From the NCBI GenBank assembly GCA_964452565.1, contig CAYVLY010000001.1, forward strand, positions 386,897-450,896: DNA of 64,000 nt, in the 5' to 3' direction. The notes below the pieces were generated by a model. That model was not told the DNA's origin, did no database searches, and worked only from the letters and a program-made list of their open reading frames with translations. The translations under genes were made by a program, and so were the position numbers. Positions 18,916 to 27,702 of this stretch are shown piece after piece; the stretch's first letter is position 1; every line of letters begins with the position of its first letter. This DNA comes from an uncultured Gammaproteobacteria bacterium. GTDB lineage: Bacteria > Patescibacteriota > Patescibacteriia > UBA9934.

Positions 18916-20733
18916 CTAAAATGAACACTCTGATGATGATGGCACACCAGCACAACAATATGGATAACTAGACGATGTTCCGCACGATCCTCCACTTACA
19001 TCAGGCCCCTCACCTGGAACAAAGCAATTCTGATATTGATTCTTGATCTGATAATCTCCTGTACCGTCCATTCGTGGAACCTCAGGTATGTAGAAATAGG
19101 TTGTTCCACCATCAACGCTTTCCAAGAAAACTCCGTGATTGATCTCAACTTGAGATGCAACAACGTCTTTTCCTGTTTCTCCAGCATCAGCCCCATCTTC
19201 ATCTAAGCTATTCACGTAAATCCAAAACGCCATCTCGTGAACTGGTACAGGTTCCAGCGAAATATTTGTAGTAGTTAGAGTCGAACTCATCATCACGGAA
19301 TCAAATGTAATATAAACCTCCTGATCTAATGAAATGTCTGATTCAGAAATATCTGGGGAAATACTGTCAATCTCTGGAGCAGTTAGATTTATATCGTCAG
19401 TTGTAGTAAAGCTCCAGGCATAGTCATCCCCTGCCGTTCCATCATCATCTCCATCCAAAGCGTTCCCTGCTGTATCTGTAACTCCATCATAAGGATAGAT
19501 ATCAACCTGCGGTGGCTCCTCGCCTGGAGTTGCCGCAACTGCCGTGACCGAGATTGTCTGACCTCCAGGAAGGCAGTAGATTGTCTCTCCACATGAGTTT
19601 GTTCCGCATGGATCATCTGATGTGAAGGTTACAGTTCTGTACTGATTGCTTATTTCATAAGATCCAGCTGTTGGAGATCCGTCCGCTCCAACTGTTTGAA
19701 TGTTATCGAATCCCGAATCCGACTCCCTTGTTCCAGAAGCACTTGTTGGATCAACTGCTTCACTAAATGTAATCTCAACAACAATATTTCGATCATATGA
19801 GCCAGATGCAGCTGGAGTAACACTATTCACAGTTGGAGGTGTTAGATCGATTTCTGTTCCAACTTCAAACGACCATTCATATCCTCCAGTATCAAGAATT
19901 GTCTCGCCATCTACATTTTCAATATCATCATTTAGATAAACCGTGTAGGAAGTATCATCTGTAGATGAGCCTAGGAGCTCTGTTGGATCAAATACGAATG
20001 TTTTTAAATCATCTGTGAAACTAACATCTACCTCAGTACTTTCAAACGCACCGCTCTCACCATCTGCAGATGCATAGATTAAAATGTTATCTGTATTAAG
20101 CTCAGTGGACGTTGTGTCGTCAGATACATCGTCCGGAGTTCCAGCTGTATCATAGCCTGAGATAATTGCCTCAAGATCTATCTCATCCTTGAATGTTACG
20201 AAGATTTTCGTGTTGCGAGCGATCTCTGATGCATTACGTTCTGGATAGTGATCACTTATTCCCCCTGATCCTAACGAGCCAGAGAGCCGCTCAACGGTCG
20301 GAGTACTTGAATAACTTGTTGAATACGATCCAGTATCACTTATCGCGCCTGTGAGTGCATTGATGATGAACGCTGTTATTGCATATGCGCACAGTGTAAT
20401 GACAAGTCCGATAGTCGCATTTATCAAAATGTTTTTCGCCTTTGTAATTTTGTCTGGATCTCCTTGCGATGTCATCCATGTGAATCCTGCATACAAAACT
20501 AGAACCAAGAAAATCACTCCTAGAATTCCTAAGAACACTTTTATGATATTTCCGATCAGCTCAGGTAGTTCAGCGTCTGCAAGTTCAGATGCCTCAGCTG
20601 CAGTCTCTAAGCCTCCTGCAACATCCTGCGCCATTGCTGGAGCCGCGCTAAAAATAAAAAGCGCCAGCACCAAAAAACCGACACCTACCATGAACATTAT
20701 CGCTTGGGGTAGAAGCGTTTTGTGTTTTGTCAT
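18916..20733 (-). CDS. 605-aa surface protein with the same signal peptide plus TrbC/VirB2-like two-TM anchor module, followed by Big_5-type Ig-like domains and a Cys-rich C-terminus
   Basis: N-terminal IIKVFLGILGVIFLVLVLYAGFTWMTSQGDPDKITKAKNILINATIGLVITLCAY is paralogous to the giant protein N-terminus. Ig-like TPPTVNSVTPAASGSYDRNIVVEITFSEAVDPTS; C-terminal CGTSSSYPYCCAGVPSSSECSF. Confidence 0.8.
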   Translation of the reverse strand: MTKHKTLLPQAIMFMVGVGFLVLALFIFSAAPAMAQDVAGGLETAAEASELADAELPELIGNIIKVFLGILGVIFLVLVLYAGFTWMTSQGDPDKITKAKNILINATIGLVITLCAYAITAFIINALTGAISDTGSYSTSYSSTPTVERLSGSLGSGGISDHYPERNASEIARNTKIFVTFKDEIDLEAIISGYDTAGTPDDVSDDTTSTELNTDNILIYASADGESGAFESTEVDVSFTDDLKTFVFDPTELLGSSTDDTSYTVYLNDDIENVDGETILDTGGYEWSFEVGTEIDLTPPTVNSVTPAASGSYDRNIVVEITFSEAVDPTSASGTRESDSGFDNIQTVGADGSPTAGSYEISNQYRTVTFTSDDPCGTNSCGETIYCLPGGQTISVTAVAATPGEEPPQVDIYPYDGVTDTAGNALDGDDDGTAGDDYAWSFTTTDDINLTAPEIDSISPDISESDISLDQEVYITFDSVMMSSTLTTTNISLEPVPVHEMAFWIYVNSLDEDGADAGETGKDVVASQVEINHGVFLESVDGGTTYFYIPEVPRMDGTGDYQIKNQYQNCFVPGEGPDVSGGSCGTSSSYPYCCAGVPSSSECSF

Positions 20734-20802
20734 ATTTTCTTGTCGTGTTAGTTACAACGACCACTAACATTATACCGCAAACTCAAGCAATCTTTACTAC
20801 AA

Positions 20803-20842
20803 ATTGTGGACACAAAAAGCCCCCGATTTCTTAGGGGCTTTT
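20803..20842 (-). terminator. 40-nt repeated double-hairpin terminator module (copy 1)
   Basis: ATTGTGGACACAAAAAGCCCCCGATTTCTTAGGGGCTTTT: hairpin TTGTG-GA-CACAA plus hairpin AAGCCCC-N9-GGGGCTT with T-run. Identical copy at 25844..25883. Confidence 0.6.
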
Positions 20843-20852
20843 AACTATATTT

Positions 20853-21416
20853 TCATAATACTACCAACTCCTCCCTCTTCTTCATTTCTTTTCCTTCAGT
20901 GTCAATCTGACTAGCTTCCTCTACATCATCACCTCTTGTGAATCTAGGGAAGAAGGTGGCTTCTATGTCTATGATGTATTGGTTCCAGTCTTCTCCATAT
21001 AGAGTGGTCGCTATTTCTTCTGTCTGTATCCATCTTATGGTTGTTCCGTTTGTATCTATGGCATATACCTTAGGATCAGACTGGATCTTTATTAGTACCA
21101 CTCCTGGGTTTGGTAACATTGGTTGTCCAAGTTCAATGGTGGTTAAAGTAGCGTCTGTTACTATTTTAACGTTGTCAAAGTTATCTTGGTATGTAAAGAA
21201 GGTTTGCATATCCATGAATGGACGTCTAACTGTCTCACCTGTAGTTTCGTCAGAATCTAGATAGTAAACTGTTGAGAAGTAAGCTGAACGTATATAGTCC
21301 CCTTCAGAGGTTACAGATATGTCTTCTAGTTCTCCTGTGACTGGAGATACTCCTGTTTGGCCTGTGGATGGCTCTGTTACTTCTGTAGCTGCATCATCAT
21401 CTGTAGTATCATTCAC
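20853..21416 (-). CDS. acidic hypothetical protein; ORF-track start is a GTG; reading frame is open and protein-like upstream as far as the TGA at 21648..21650
   Basis: No ATG, GTG or TTG in the 77 in-frame codons upstream of the listed GTG. The upstream segment encodes a BNR/Asp-box-like motif YSTDGGSTYT. It is in the same frame as the 1402-aa ORF. Confidence 0.5.
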   Translation of the reverse strand: MNDTTDDDAATEVTEPSTGQTGVSPVTGELEDISVTSEGDYIRSAYFSTVYYLDSDETTGETVRRPFMDMQTFFTYQDNFDNVKIVTDATLTTIELGQPMLPNPGVVLIKIQSDPKVYAIDTNGTTIRWIQTEEIATTLYGEDWNQYIIDIEATFFPRFTRGDDVEEASQIDTEGKEMKKREELVVL

Positions 21417-21647
21417 GACTCCATCGTCTACACCGTTAAGTGCACATGTTTCTGTTTCAAAGGTCGCTGTTATATCTGCAAGATCTGTACCCTCAATCTT
21501 AAACTGAAGTGTACTTCCTACTATATCTGTTGGAATAGTCCATGTGTAGTGTTCTGTATTTGTTATTGGGCCATCAATAAATGTGTATGTTGAACCGCCA
21601 TCTGTTGAGTAATGGATATTTACTAAATTAACACTCGAGGAGGTTAC

Positions 21648-24600
21648 TCATGACAGTGCGATATCTTCTCCTGGATTCAGACCTTCTGAACAGGTTCCTG
21701 TTGATGTAGAGGAAGATGAGATTGAGTCTGCACCACCTTCAAGAGAGCCAATCTCGGGAGAAGATGAGGTTGTTGGAGTACTTCCTGAACTTGCTGTTGT
21801 AAAACTTATGTCGTCTAGTGTTGTTTCATTACCAAAGTCATCTATGGCCCAAATCTTTGTGTAATATGTGGTTTGCTTGCTAAGGCCTGTGATGGTTGTG
21901 GTTGCGGTTCCTACGGTTGTTAGATCTGTGTCATCTGAATCATCCCATTCAGTAGCACTTGTTCTACCTTGAACATCTGACTGGCTAGTATCAATCCAGA
22001 TTTCATAATGATTAAAGTTTGAGTCTGTGGCTGCAGTCCAGGTAAACGTTGCGGTTGTGGTAGTCGCACTAGAACGTGCGAATGAAGCTAAAGACGCTGG
22101 ATCTACATTGTCTACAGTTATACTTGTTTTAGATGCAGTAGATCCGGCTGCAGTTCCATCATATGGAGTTATTCTAACCTGGGCAGTAGAAAGATCGGCT
22201 GCTGCCTCATCTGTAGCAGATTCCCATACAACAGAGACTGTATTAGCTCCAGATGAACTTGTTATATATCCACTGGCATTACCTACTTGGTAAGTATCAT
22301 CGTTTTCTACTGCAGGATCTCCATAAGTAGCAGATGCCTCTGCTCCTGTCTCAGATACTGTAGCTTTAGTCCATCCTCCGCCAATGTCGTATTCAACAAG
22401 GGCCTCTAGAGTATCGTCATCATCTGCATCATCCATGATGAATGTAATAGTCACATCTCCTGTTCCGTCTGTACCTTGAGTTGCTGTAACTGTTGAGACT
22501 GTTGGGGCAACATTGAAACCCCAGTTGGTATTATTCCCTCCATTTGTTGAACGTGACGGGCTTACAGCATGTGTAATTGTATTACCACCACTCGCATCTG
22601 AATCTGTGACATTAACATAATCTACAGAACTTGTACCTGAAACATTTAAAAGCCAGGTTGTAGCAGGACTAGAACTAGTAATTGTAATCAGGGCTGCATC
22701 ACCACCTGTTAATGTTAGGGTCCCAGATACTGTTGTTGTGGTGCTTGCTGTAAATACAATTGCCTTACTTGCTGTTGTAGAGGTTAAATTATTGAAAGAT
22801 GTAGTTCCAGAAATCGTTGTTGTCTTTGACACGTCGTCCAATGTCACGGTTCCTGATCTGGGCGTAAATGTCCCGGAGTTAGCCCAATCACCTCCCACTG
22901 TAATTGCATAGTTATCACCATCTGAAGTGTCTAGCGTTCCAGCCGTAATTGTGAGTGTATTATTTACATCTATAGCCTCATCTAGTGTATAAGTGCTACC
23001 AGATGAGTTAATTGTTAAATTATTGTATGGAGATAATGCTGAAAGTAATGATGTAGACTCTGTGGTTGCTGCATTATATGTAATTGTTCCACCTGAGTTA
23101 GTCCATGTGTTTGCAGTTTTAACAATATCAGAAGTCGTATCATTAGATTCAATCTGAAGTTCACCACTTGAAATTGTTACAGTATCTCCTCCTGCATCTC
23201 CAAAGGTATTTATATTTGTTCCCGTCTTCATCGTTCCACCACTAATAACTGTATTACCTGCAATGGTCATAGTGTAGTCATTAACATCAAAGGTTCCTGC
23301 AGATACTGTTAGATTTCCCACTATTGATTCATTTGCACCCAACTGAGCTATTGCACCTCCAGTTGTTGCAATTTCCAGGCTTTGATATGCCCAGTCCTGC
23401 ATAGCAACCGTTCCTGTTGATGAAACATATTTTACTGTAGAGCCTGAGTTCAAAGTTGGAACAGTATCATCTAAAGTCAAGGTTTCTGTTCCTCTCCATG
23501 CAAATGTTCCGCCATCTTCAACTACAAAATCACCAGACCAACCACTAACTGTCAAATCATAACCATTTATATTTAATTCCCCTTCTACAACAGTGAGGTC
23601 TTGCTCACTGTCATTCACAGTTAAATCAGATGCTAAATTAACAGTCGGTGTTGAAGTGGTGGTTCCTATTTTTATATGTCCGTCATATAAAGCTTCTGCT
23701 CCAGTTAAATCAAAAGTTTGAGCACTAGAGCCAGCAAGAGTCAATACAGAGTCATTCTTATCATAACTGTACCAATTTGATTCTATTGTTACATCTCCTT
23801 GAGCTTCAATTGTGCCCAATATCGTCCTTCCATCACTCATTAATAAATCACCTTCAACATACAGGGTATCCCCAGAGCCTAAATAAACATAATTAGAACC
23901 TCCACCACATACAACGCCCGTACCACTACAATCAAAGGTAACATCATTGAAAACACCAGAAGTAGCAATTGACGCCTTATCAAAATTCCAAGTGTCAGAA
24001 CCATTACCATCCCACATGAAAGTACCACTGTTATGATTAGAAACACCTCCAGCAGTATGGGTCCAACTGCCTGCAATAAATGTTGTACCAGTTGTTGCAT
24101 TAAAAGTTCCATCTGTAATAATCACATCATTTACATCTAATGTTCCTGTATTTCCATTTAATGTACCTCCAGATATATTTAAATCATCTGCCACCTCCAA
24201 TTCATATGCGCCAACATTCAAACTTCCATCAGTGAGTGTCAAATCTTGTCCTGAACTATTCATTATCAAGTCAGATGCTAAATTAACAGTTGGTGCTGCG
24301 GAACCAGTCCCTATTGTTACATGTGCGTTAAATAAAGCTTCCCCTCCAGTTAAATCAAAAATTTGTGTACCAGAGCTAGAAAAAACTAAAGGAGTGTCAC
24401 TGGTATTATTGCTATACCAATTTGACTCTATTGTTACATTTCCCTGGGCCTCAATTGTACCTGTTATTACTCTTCCATCACTCATTAATAAATCACCTTC
24501 AACATACAGGGTATCCCCAGAGCCTAAATAAACATAATTAGAACCTCCACCACATACAACGCCCGTACCACTACAATCAAAGGTAACATCATTGAAAACA

Positions 24601-25793
24601 CCAGAAGTAGCAATTGACGCCTTATCAAAATTCCAAGTGTCAGAACCATTACCATCCCACATGAAAGTACCACTGTTATGATTAGAAACACCTCCAGCAG
24701 TATGGGTCCAACTGCCTGCAATAAATGTTGTACCAGTTGTTGCATTAAAAGTTCCATCTGTAATAATCACATCATTTACATCTAATGTTCCTGTATTTCC
24801 ATTTAATGTACCTCCAGATATATTTAAATCATCTGCCACCTCCAATTCATATGCGCCAACATTCAAACTTCCATTAGTAATAGTTAAATCTAGCCCACCA
24901 TAATTCAAAATACAATCCGAAACTAAATTAACAGTTGGTGCATTAGTTACAGTTCCAATAGTTGTATGTGAATCCCATTCATCTGTATATCCTGTTAAAT
25001 CAAAAGTTTGTGTCCCTGTTCCAGTAAATGTCAGAGCGGCATCAGTAAGATTAAAGGCATCCCAAGGTCCTACAGTGACATTACCCTGCACCTCTATACC
25101 ACCACCGTTAAACCACCTTCCATCATAAAAAGTCGCATTACCGTTTATATATAGGGTGTCTCCTGAAAGATTAACATAGGAGCCGGAGTCACTGGTGCTA
25201 TCATAAGTAAAATTATTAAACACTCCAGAGGTAGGAATCCCGGCTTTATCAAAATTAAAGGTTTGTCTATAACCAGTATGTTTGACTGTTCCTGAACCTG
25301 CATTCCACACTCCTCCAGCTGTATGTGTCCAGTTTCCAGTAAAAGTGAGCGTCCCTGACGTACCATTAAATGTACCACCTGAAATTGTAACACCTCCGCT
25401 TATTGTAATATCTTGACTTGCTCCAGTGAATGTCCCATCTGCTTGATCATAATGTGATGAACCAATTGTTAAACTTCTAGCCTGTGTAATGGTCCCATCA
25501 TAACCACTATTTATATCAATTCCAGCAACAGACCCTGCAAATGAAGCGTCAATTGTTGAATCATTGTCAGAAGTATTATCAAAAGTAGCAACATCACTTG
25601 CTCCTGGTGGTGAATCGGTAGACCAGTTCAAGCCAGTTGACCAGTTTGTATCAACTCCTCCGCCACCATCCCAAGTGACTACTGCTGCATGAGCTTGATT
25701 GGCACTCCAAAAGGCTGCAAGTAGCACAAATAATGCAATAATAGAAATATTGCAAATCAGCAAGCCAAGCGATCTTGTCTTAATATATTTCAT
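21648..25793 (-). CDS. large secreted/anchored protein with parallel beta-helix-like ~215-aa tandem repeats and C-terminal FN3-like domains
   Basis: Likely start MKYIKTRSLGLLICNISIIALFVLLAAF (signal/anchor) at 25793; the ORF-track start at 25856 lies inside the terminator repeat. Repeats NISGGTLNGNTGTLDVNDVIITDGTFNATTGTTF occur; two copies are nucleotide-identical over ~400 nt. FN3-like TTATFTWTAATDSNFNHYEIWI. Stop TGA at 21648..21650. Confidence 0.8.
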   Translation of the reverse strand: MKYIKTRSLGLLICNISIIALFVLLAAFWSANQAHAAVVTWDGGGGVDTNWSTGLNWSTDSPPGASDVATFDNTSDNDSTIDASFAGSVAGIDINSGYDGTITQARSLTIGSSHYDQADGTFTGASQDITISGGVTISGGTFNGTSGTLTFTGNWTHTAGGVWNAGSGTVKHTGYRQTFNFDKAGIPTSGVFNNFTYDSTSDSGSYVNLSGDTLYINGNATFYDGRWFNGGGIEVQGNVTVGPWDAFNLTDAALTFTGTGTQTFDLTGYTDEWDSHTTIGTVTNAPTVNLVSDCILNYGGLDLTITNGSLNVGAYELEVADDLNISGGTLNGNTGTLDVNDVIITDGTFNATTGTTFIAGSWTHTAGGVSNHNSGTFMWDGNGSDTWNFDKASIATSGVFNDVTFDCSGTGVVCGGGSNYVYLGSGDTLYVEGDLLMSDGRVITGTIEAQGNVTIESNWYSNNTSDTPLVFSSSGTQIFDLTGGEALFNAHVTIGTGSAAPTVNLASDLIMNSSGQDLTLTDGSLNVGAYELEVADDLNISGGTLNGNTGTLDVNDVIITDGTFNATTGTTFIAGSWTHTAGGVSNHNSGTFMWDGNGSDTWNFDKASIATSGVFNDVTFDCSGTGVVCGGGSNYVYLGSGDTLYVEGDLLMSDGRTILGTIEAQGDVTIESNWYSYDKNDSVLTLAGSSAQTFDLTGAEALYDGHIKIGTTTSTPTVNLASDLTVNDSEQDLTVVEGELNINGYDLTVSGWSGDFVVEDGGTFAWRGTETLTLDDTVPTLNSGSTVKYVSSTGTVAMQDWAYQSLEIATTGGAIAQLGANESIVGNLTVSAGTFDVNDYTMTIAGNTVISGGTMKTGTNINTFGDAGGDTVTISSGELQIESNDTTSDIVKTANTWTNSGGTITYNAATTESTSLLSALSPYNNLTINSSGSTYTLDEAIDVNNTLTITAGTLDTSDGDNYAITVGGDWANSGTFTPRSGTVTLDDVSKTTTISGTTSFNNLTSTTASKAIVFTASTTTTVSGTLTLTGGDAALITITSSSPATTWLLNVSGTSSVDYVNVTDSDASGGNTITHAVSPSRSTNGGNNTNWGFNVAPTVSTVTATQGTDGTGDVTITFIMDDADDDDTLEALVEYDIGGGWTKATVSETGAEASATYGDPAVENDDTYQVGNASGYITSSSGANTVSVVWESATDEAAADLSTAQVRITPYDGTAAGSTASKTSITVDNVDPASLASFARSSATTTTATFTWTAATDSNFNHYEIWIDTSQSDVQGRTSATEWDDSDDTDLTTVGTATTTITGLSKQTTYYTKIWAIDDFGNETTLDDISFTTASSGSTPTTSSSPEIGSLEGGADSISSSSTSTGTCSEGLNPGEDIALS
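23836..24876 (-). repeat. near-perfect intragenic tandem duplication (period 645 nt; about 396 nt identical: 23836..24231 = 24481..24876)
   Basis: The identical 77-aa reverse-frame ORFs 23879..24112 and 24524..24757 in the ORF track show the duplication. The identical nucleotide strings were read directly. Confidence 0.85.
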
Positions 25794-25843
25794 GATCTTA
25801 TTGTTTCTATATTGTATCAAGCTACTATTTATAAAAGAAACAT

Positions 25844-25883
25844 ATTGTGGACACAAAAAGCCCCCGATTTCTTAGGGGCTTTT
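25844..25883 (-). terminator. 40-nt repeated double-hairpin terminator module (copy 2), downstream of yqeY
   Basis: Identical to 20803..20842. Confidence 0.6.
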
Positions 25884-25893
25884 TTGTTTAAAA

Positions 25894-26340
25894 CTATTCA
25901 CCAAGCAACCGCGCTAGCATTGCTTTGACGCGTTTGCCGTCGGCTTGATCCTTAAGCTCTTCCATTAGTTTACCCATGGCTTTGCCCATTCCAGACATGT
26001 CTCCGATCTCAAGCTCTTTGATGACTTTCTTCGCAGCTTTCTCAAGATCCTCTTCTGACATCTCGGGCGGCAAATACTTTTTAAGAACTTCGATTTCTGA
26101 CCGAGCCTTGTCTGCTAAGTCCTCCCGCTCCCCTTTGATGAACATCTCAAGAGAATCCTCGATCTTCTTAAGATCAGATCGAACCACTGAAACAACATCT
26201 GCATCCTCTAGCTCCTCCTTCATGTCGATCATTTTATTCTTGAGCGATGCAATCAGCAATCTCAGTACACTAAGGGTCTCGGCATCCTTCCCTTTCATTG
26301 CCTCCTTCATGTCACTTGTAATTTTGTCGTATAAATTCAT
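25894..26340 (-). CDS. yqeY: GatB/YqeY domain protein
   Basis: 148-aa helical protein with a YqeY-like sequence (MNLYDKI...LKK...EIE...YLP). Confidence 0.75.
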   Translation of the reverse strand: MNLYDKITSDMKEAMKGKDAETLSVLRLLIASLKNKMIDMKEELEDADVVSVVRSDLKKIEDSLEMFIKGEREDLADKARSEIEVLKKYLPPEMSEEDLEKAAKKVIKELEIGDMSGMGKAMGKLMEELKDQADGKRVKAMLARLLGE

Positions 26341-26399
26341 ATTTTGTGATTATTTCTTATATATAGTGTATTCTTAATGCGGCATTAAGACAAGATATT

Positions 26400-26864
26400 A
26401 TGAAAAGTAAATTCAGCGAAAAGCTTGAAAAGCATTCTCAAGAACACCTACAGGATGGCGAAAAATATATAATTGGAATACGAGTCAACTGCCCTGGTCT
26501 TTTGACAGCTATGAGCCTTGGAGCAACAGGAGCAGCCGTTGGTGTAGTTATGGCGGCTCAACTACATAAGAAGGCTCAAGAAAAGGCAGGGGAAACTTTG
26601 AAACAATCAAGCCCCCAGATGGCACTTGCTTTGACTAACAAGAGGATGTTGATCTTCAAACGATCGATATTCACTGGTGGCGCTCGAGATCTACTCGGTC
26701 ATATCAATCGCGACAAGATCAAAAGCGGAGAGATTGATAAAACATTTTTTGGATACAATCTAAAAATAAACTTCAAAGATGACAAAACACTGGAGCTTCA
26801 AGGCATCAAAATCGACCACTGCGAAGAATTCATCAATGAGCTTAACAGGCAGCTGACTACATAA
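26400..26864 (+). CDS. hypothetical protein
   Basis: 154-aa ORF with a Gly/Ala-rich hydrophobic segment; no recognised motif. Confidence 0.45.
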   Translation: MKSKFSEKLEKHSQEHLQDGEKYIIGIRVNCPGLLTAMSLGATGAAVGVVMAAQLHKKAQEKAGETLKQSSPQMALALTNKRMLIFKRSIFTGGARDLLGHINRDKIKSGEIDKTFFGYNLKINFKDDKTLELQGIKIDHCEEFINELNRQLTT

Positions 26865-26950
26865 CAAACAATTTCGTATAGTTGTCGATCGACAACTATA
26901 CAGAGTAAATAAAAAACCACCACACGGCGGTTCTTTTAATACACGCCAAG

Positions 26951-27237
26951 GTCCCCAGCCAATTTTTCCCAGCTAATCTTAAACTCAGGCCTGTCACGAG
27001 CACGTCCAGGTTTATCCTCGGGCAGGAGAACGGAATTGCATTTTGCGTGACATTTATCCATATAAACAAATGGAGCTCAAAATGCCCGTTCGTATGTACC
27101 GAGGTATACCTGGACAGCGCAGTGAGGCCAAGCAGTTTCTTTTCCCCATTTCTTTGCTGCTTCAAAGAAATGGGGCCAGGGGTTAGGGGCAGGATGCCCC
27201 ATAACAAAACAGGGCCTTGCGGCCTTGTTTTATTTTT
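26951..27237 (+). ncRNA. copy 1 of an about 240-nt structured repeat family (candidate sRNA or MITE) with 3' rho-independent terminator
   Basis: Shares >85% identity with 46210..46489 and a core with 61947..62167. Internal hairpins CCCCATTTCTTTG-N7-CAAAGAAATGGGG and GGGGCA-GGA-TGCCCC. Terminator ACAGGGCC-TTGC-GGCCTTGT plus TTTTATTTTT. Confidence 0.5.
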
Positions 27238-27241
27238 GAAT

Positions 27242-27499
27242 TTATCGTTTTCGATATCCACCGCGTCGGCGGTCATCTTCATTGATCTGTCCAGTCTTTA
27301 CCATCCAAGCTCGCTTCTCTCCGATCTTTAGACCACGCAATGCGCTATCTTTTCGCTTGTTCTTTGTTTTCTTTTTAACATGATATCGCTTTCCTGCAAC
27401 AGACAACTTTTTACCAGATTGCATAAATCGACGTGAAAATCGACGATACATCGCCTCAAAACTTTCACCTTTCTTTCGTTTGATAAAAATGTCTGACAT
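27242..27499 (-). CDS. rpsU: 30S ribosomal protein S21
   Basis: Basic 85-aa protein; YRRFSRRFMQSG...KRYH.KKKTKNKRKDSALR resembles the S21 family. Confidence 0.65.
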   Translation of the reverse strand: MSDIFIKRKKGESFEAMYRRFSRRFMQSGKKLSVAGKRYHVKKKTKNKRKDSALRGLKIGEKRAWMVKTGQINEDDRRRGGYRKR

Positions 27500-27702
27500 G
27501 TGCTTTCACCTTCCTTTCTCTGGTGGAACCTCCATCTTTGGCATATCGCGGTGTCGAAATCTACTTTTTTGCTCATCGTACGTTCTAGTACGTTTCGCAA
27601 AAGCCTCGATTTCTCCTAGCGATATATCCAAACCTGAAAATTCCTTAATGATTACTGGCAGAATAGTACTAAAATTGGATAATTATGTCAATCCTAAATG
27701 CC

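Noticed and set aside
26877-26900. 24-nt perfect palindrome TATAGTTGTCGATCGACAACTATA after the 26400..26864 gene
   Set aside because: Probably just the terminator stem for that gene; no evidence of anything more. Noted only as context for the adjacent repeat copy.
26896-27282. Small ORFs inside the ~240-nt repeat copies (26896..27282, 46206..46427, 61921..62127, 27047..27331)
   Set aside because: Their similarity follows from DNA-level repeat conservation. Frames differ between copies, and conservation tracks hairpin pairing rather than codons.
27328-27600. ORF 27328..27600 (90 aa)
   Set aside because: It overlaps rpsU and its upstream leader in another frame; no motif.
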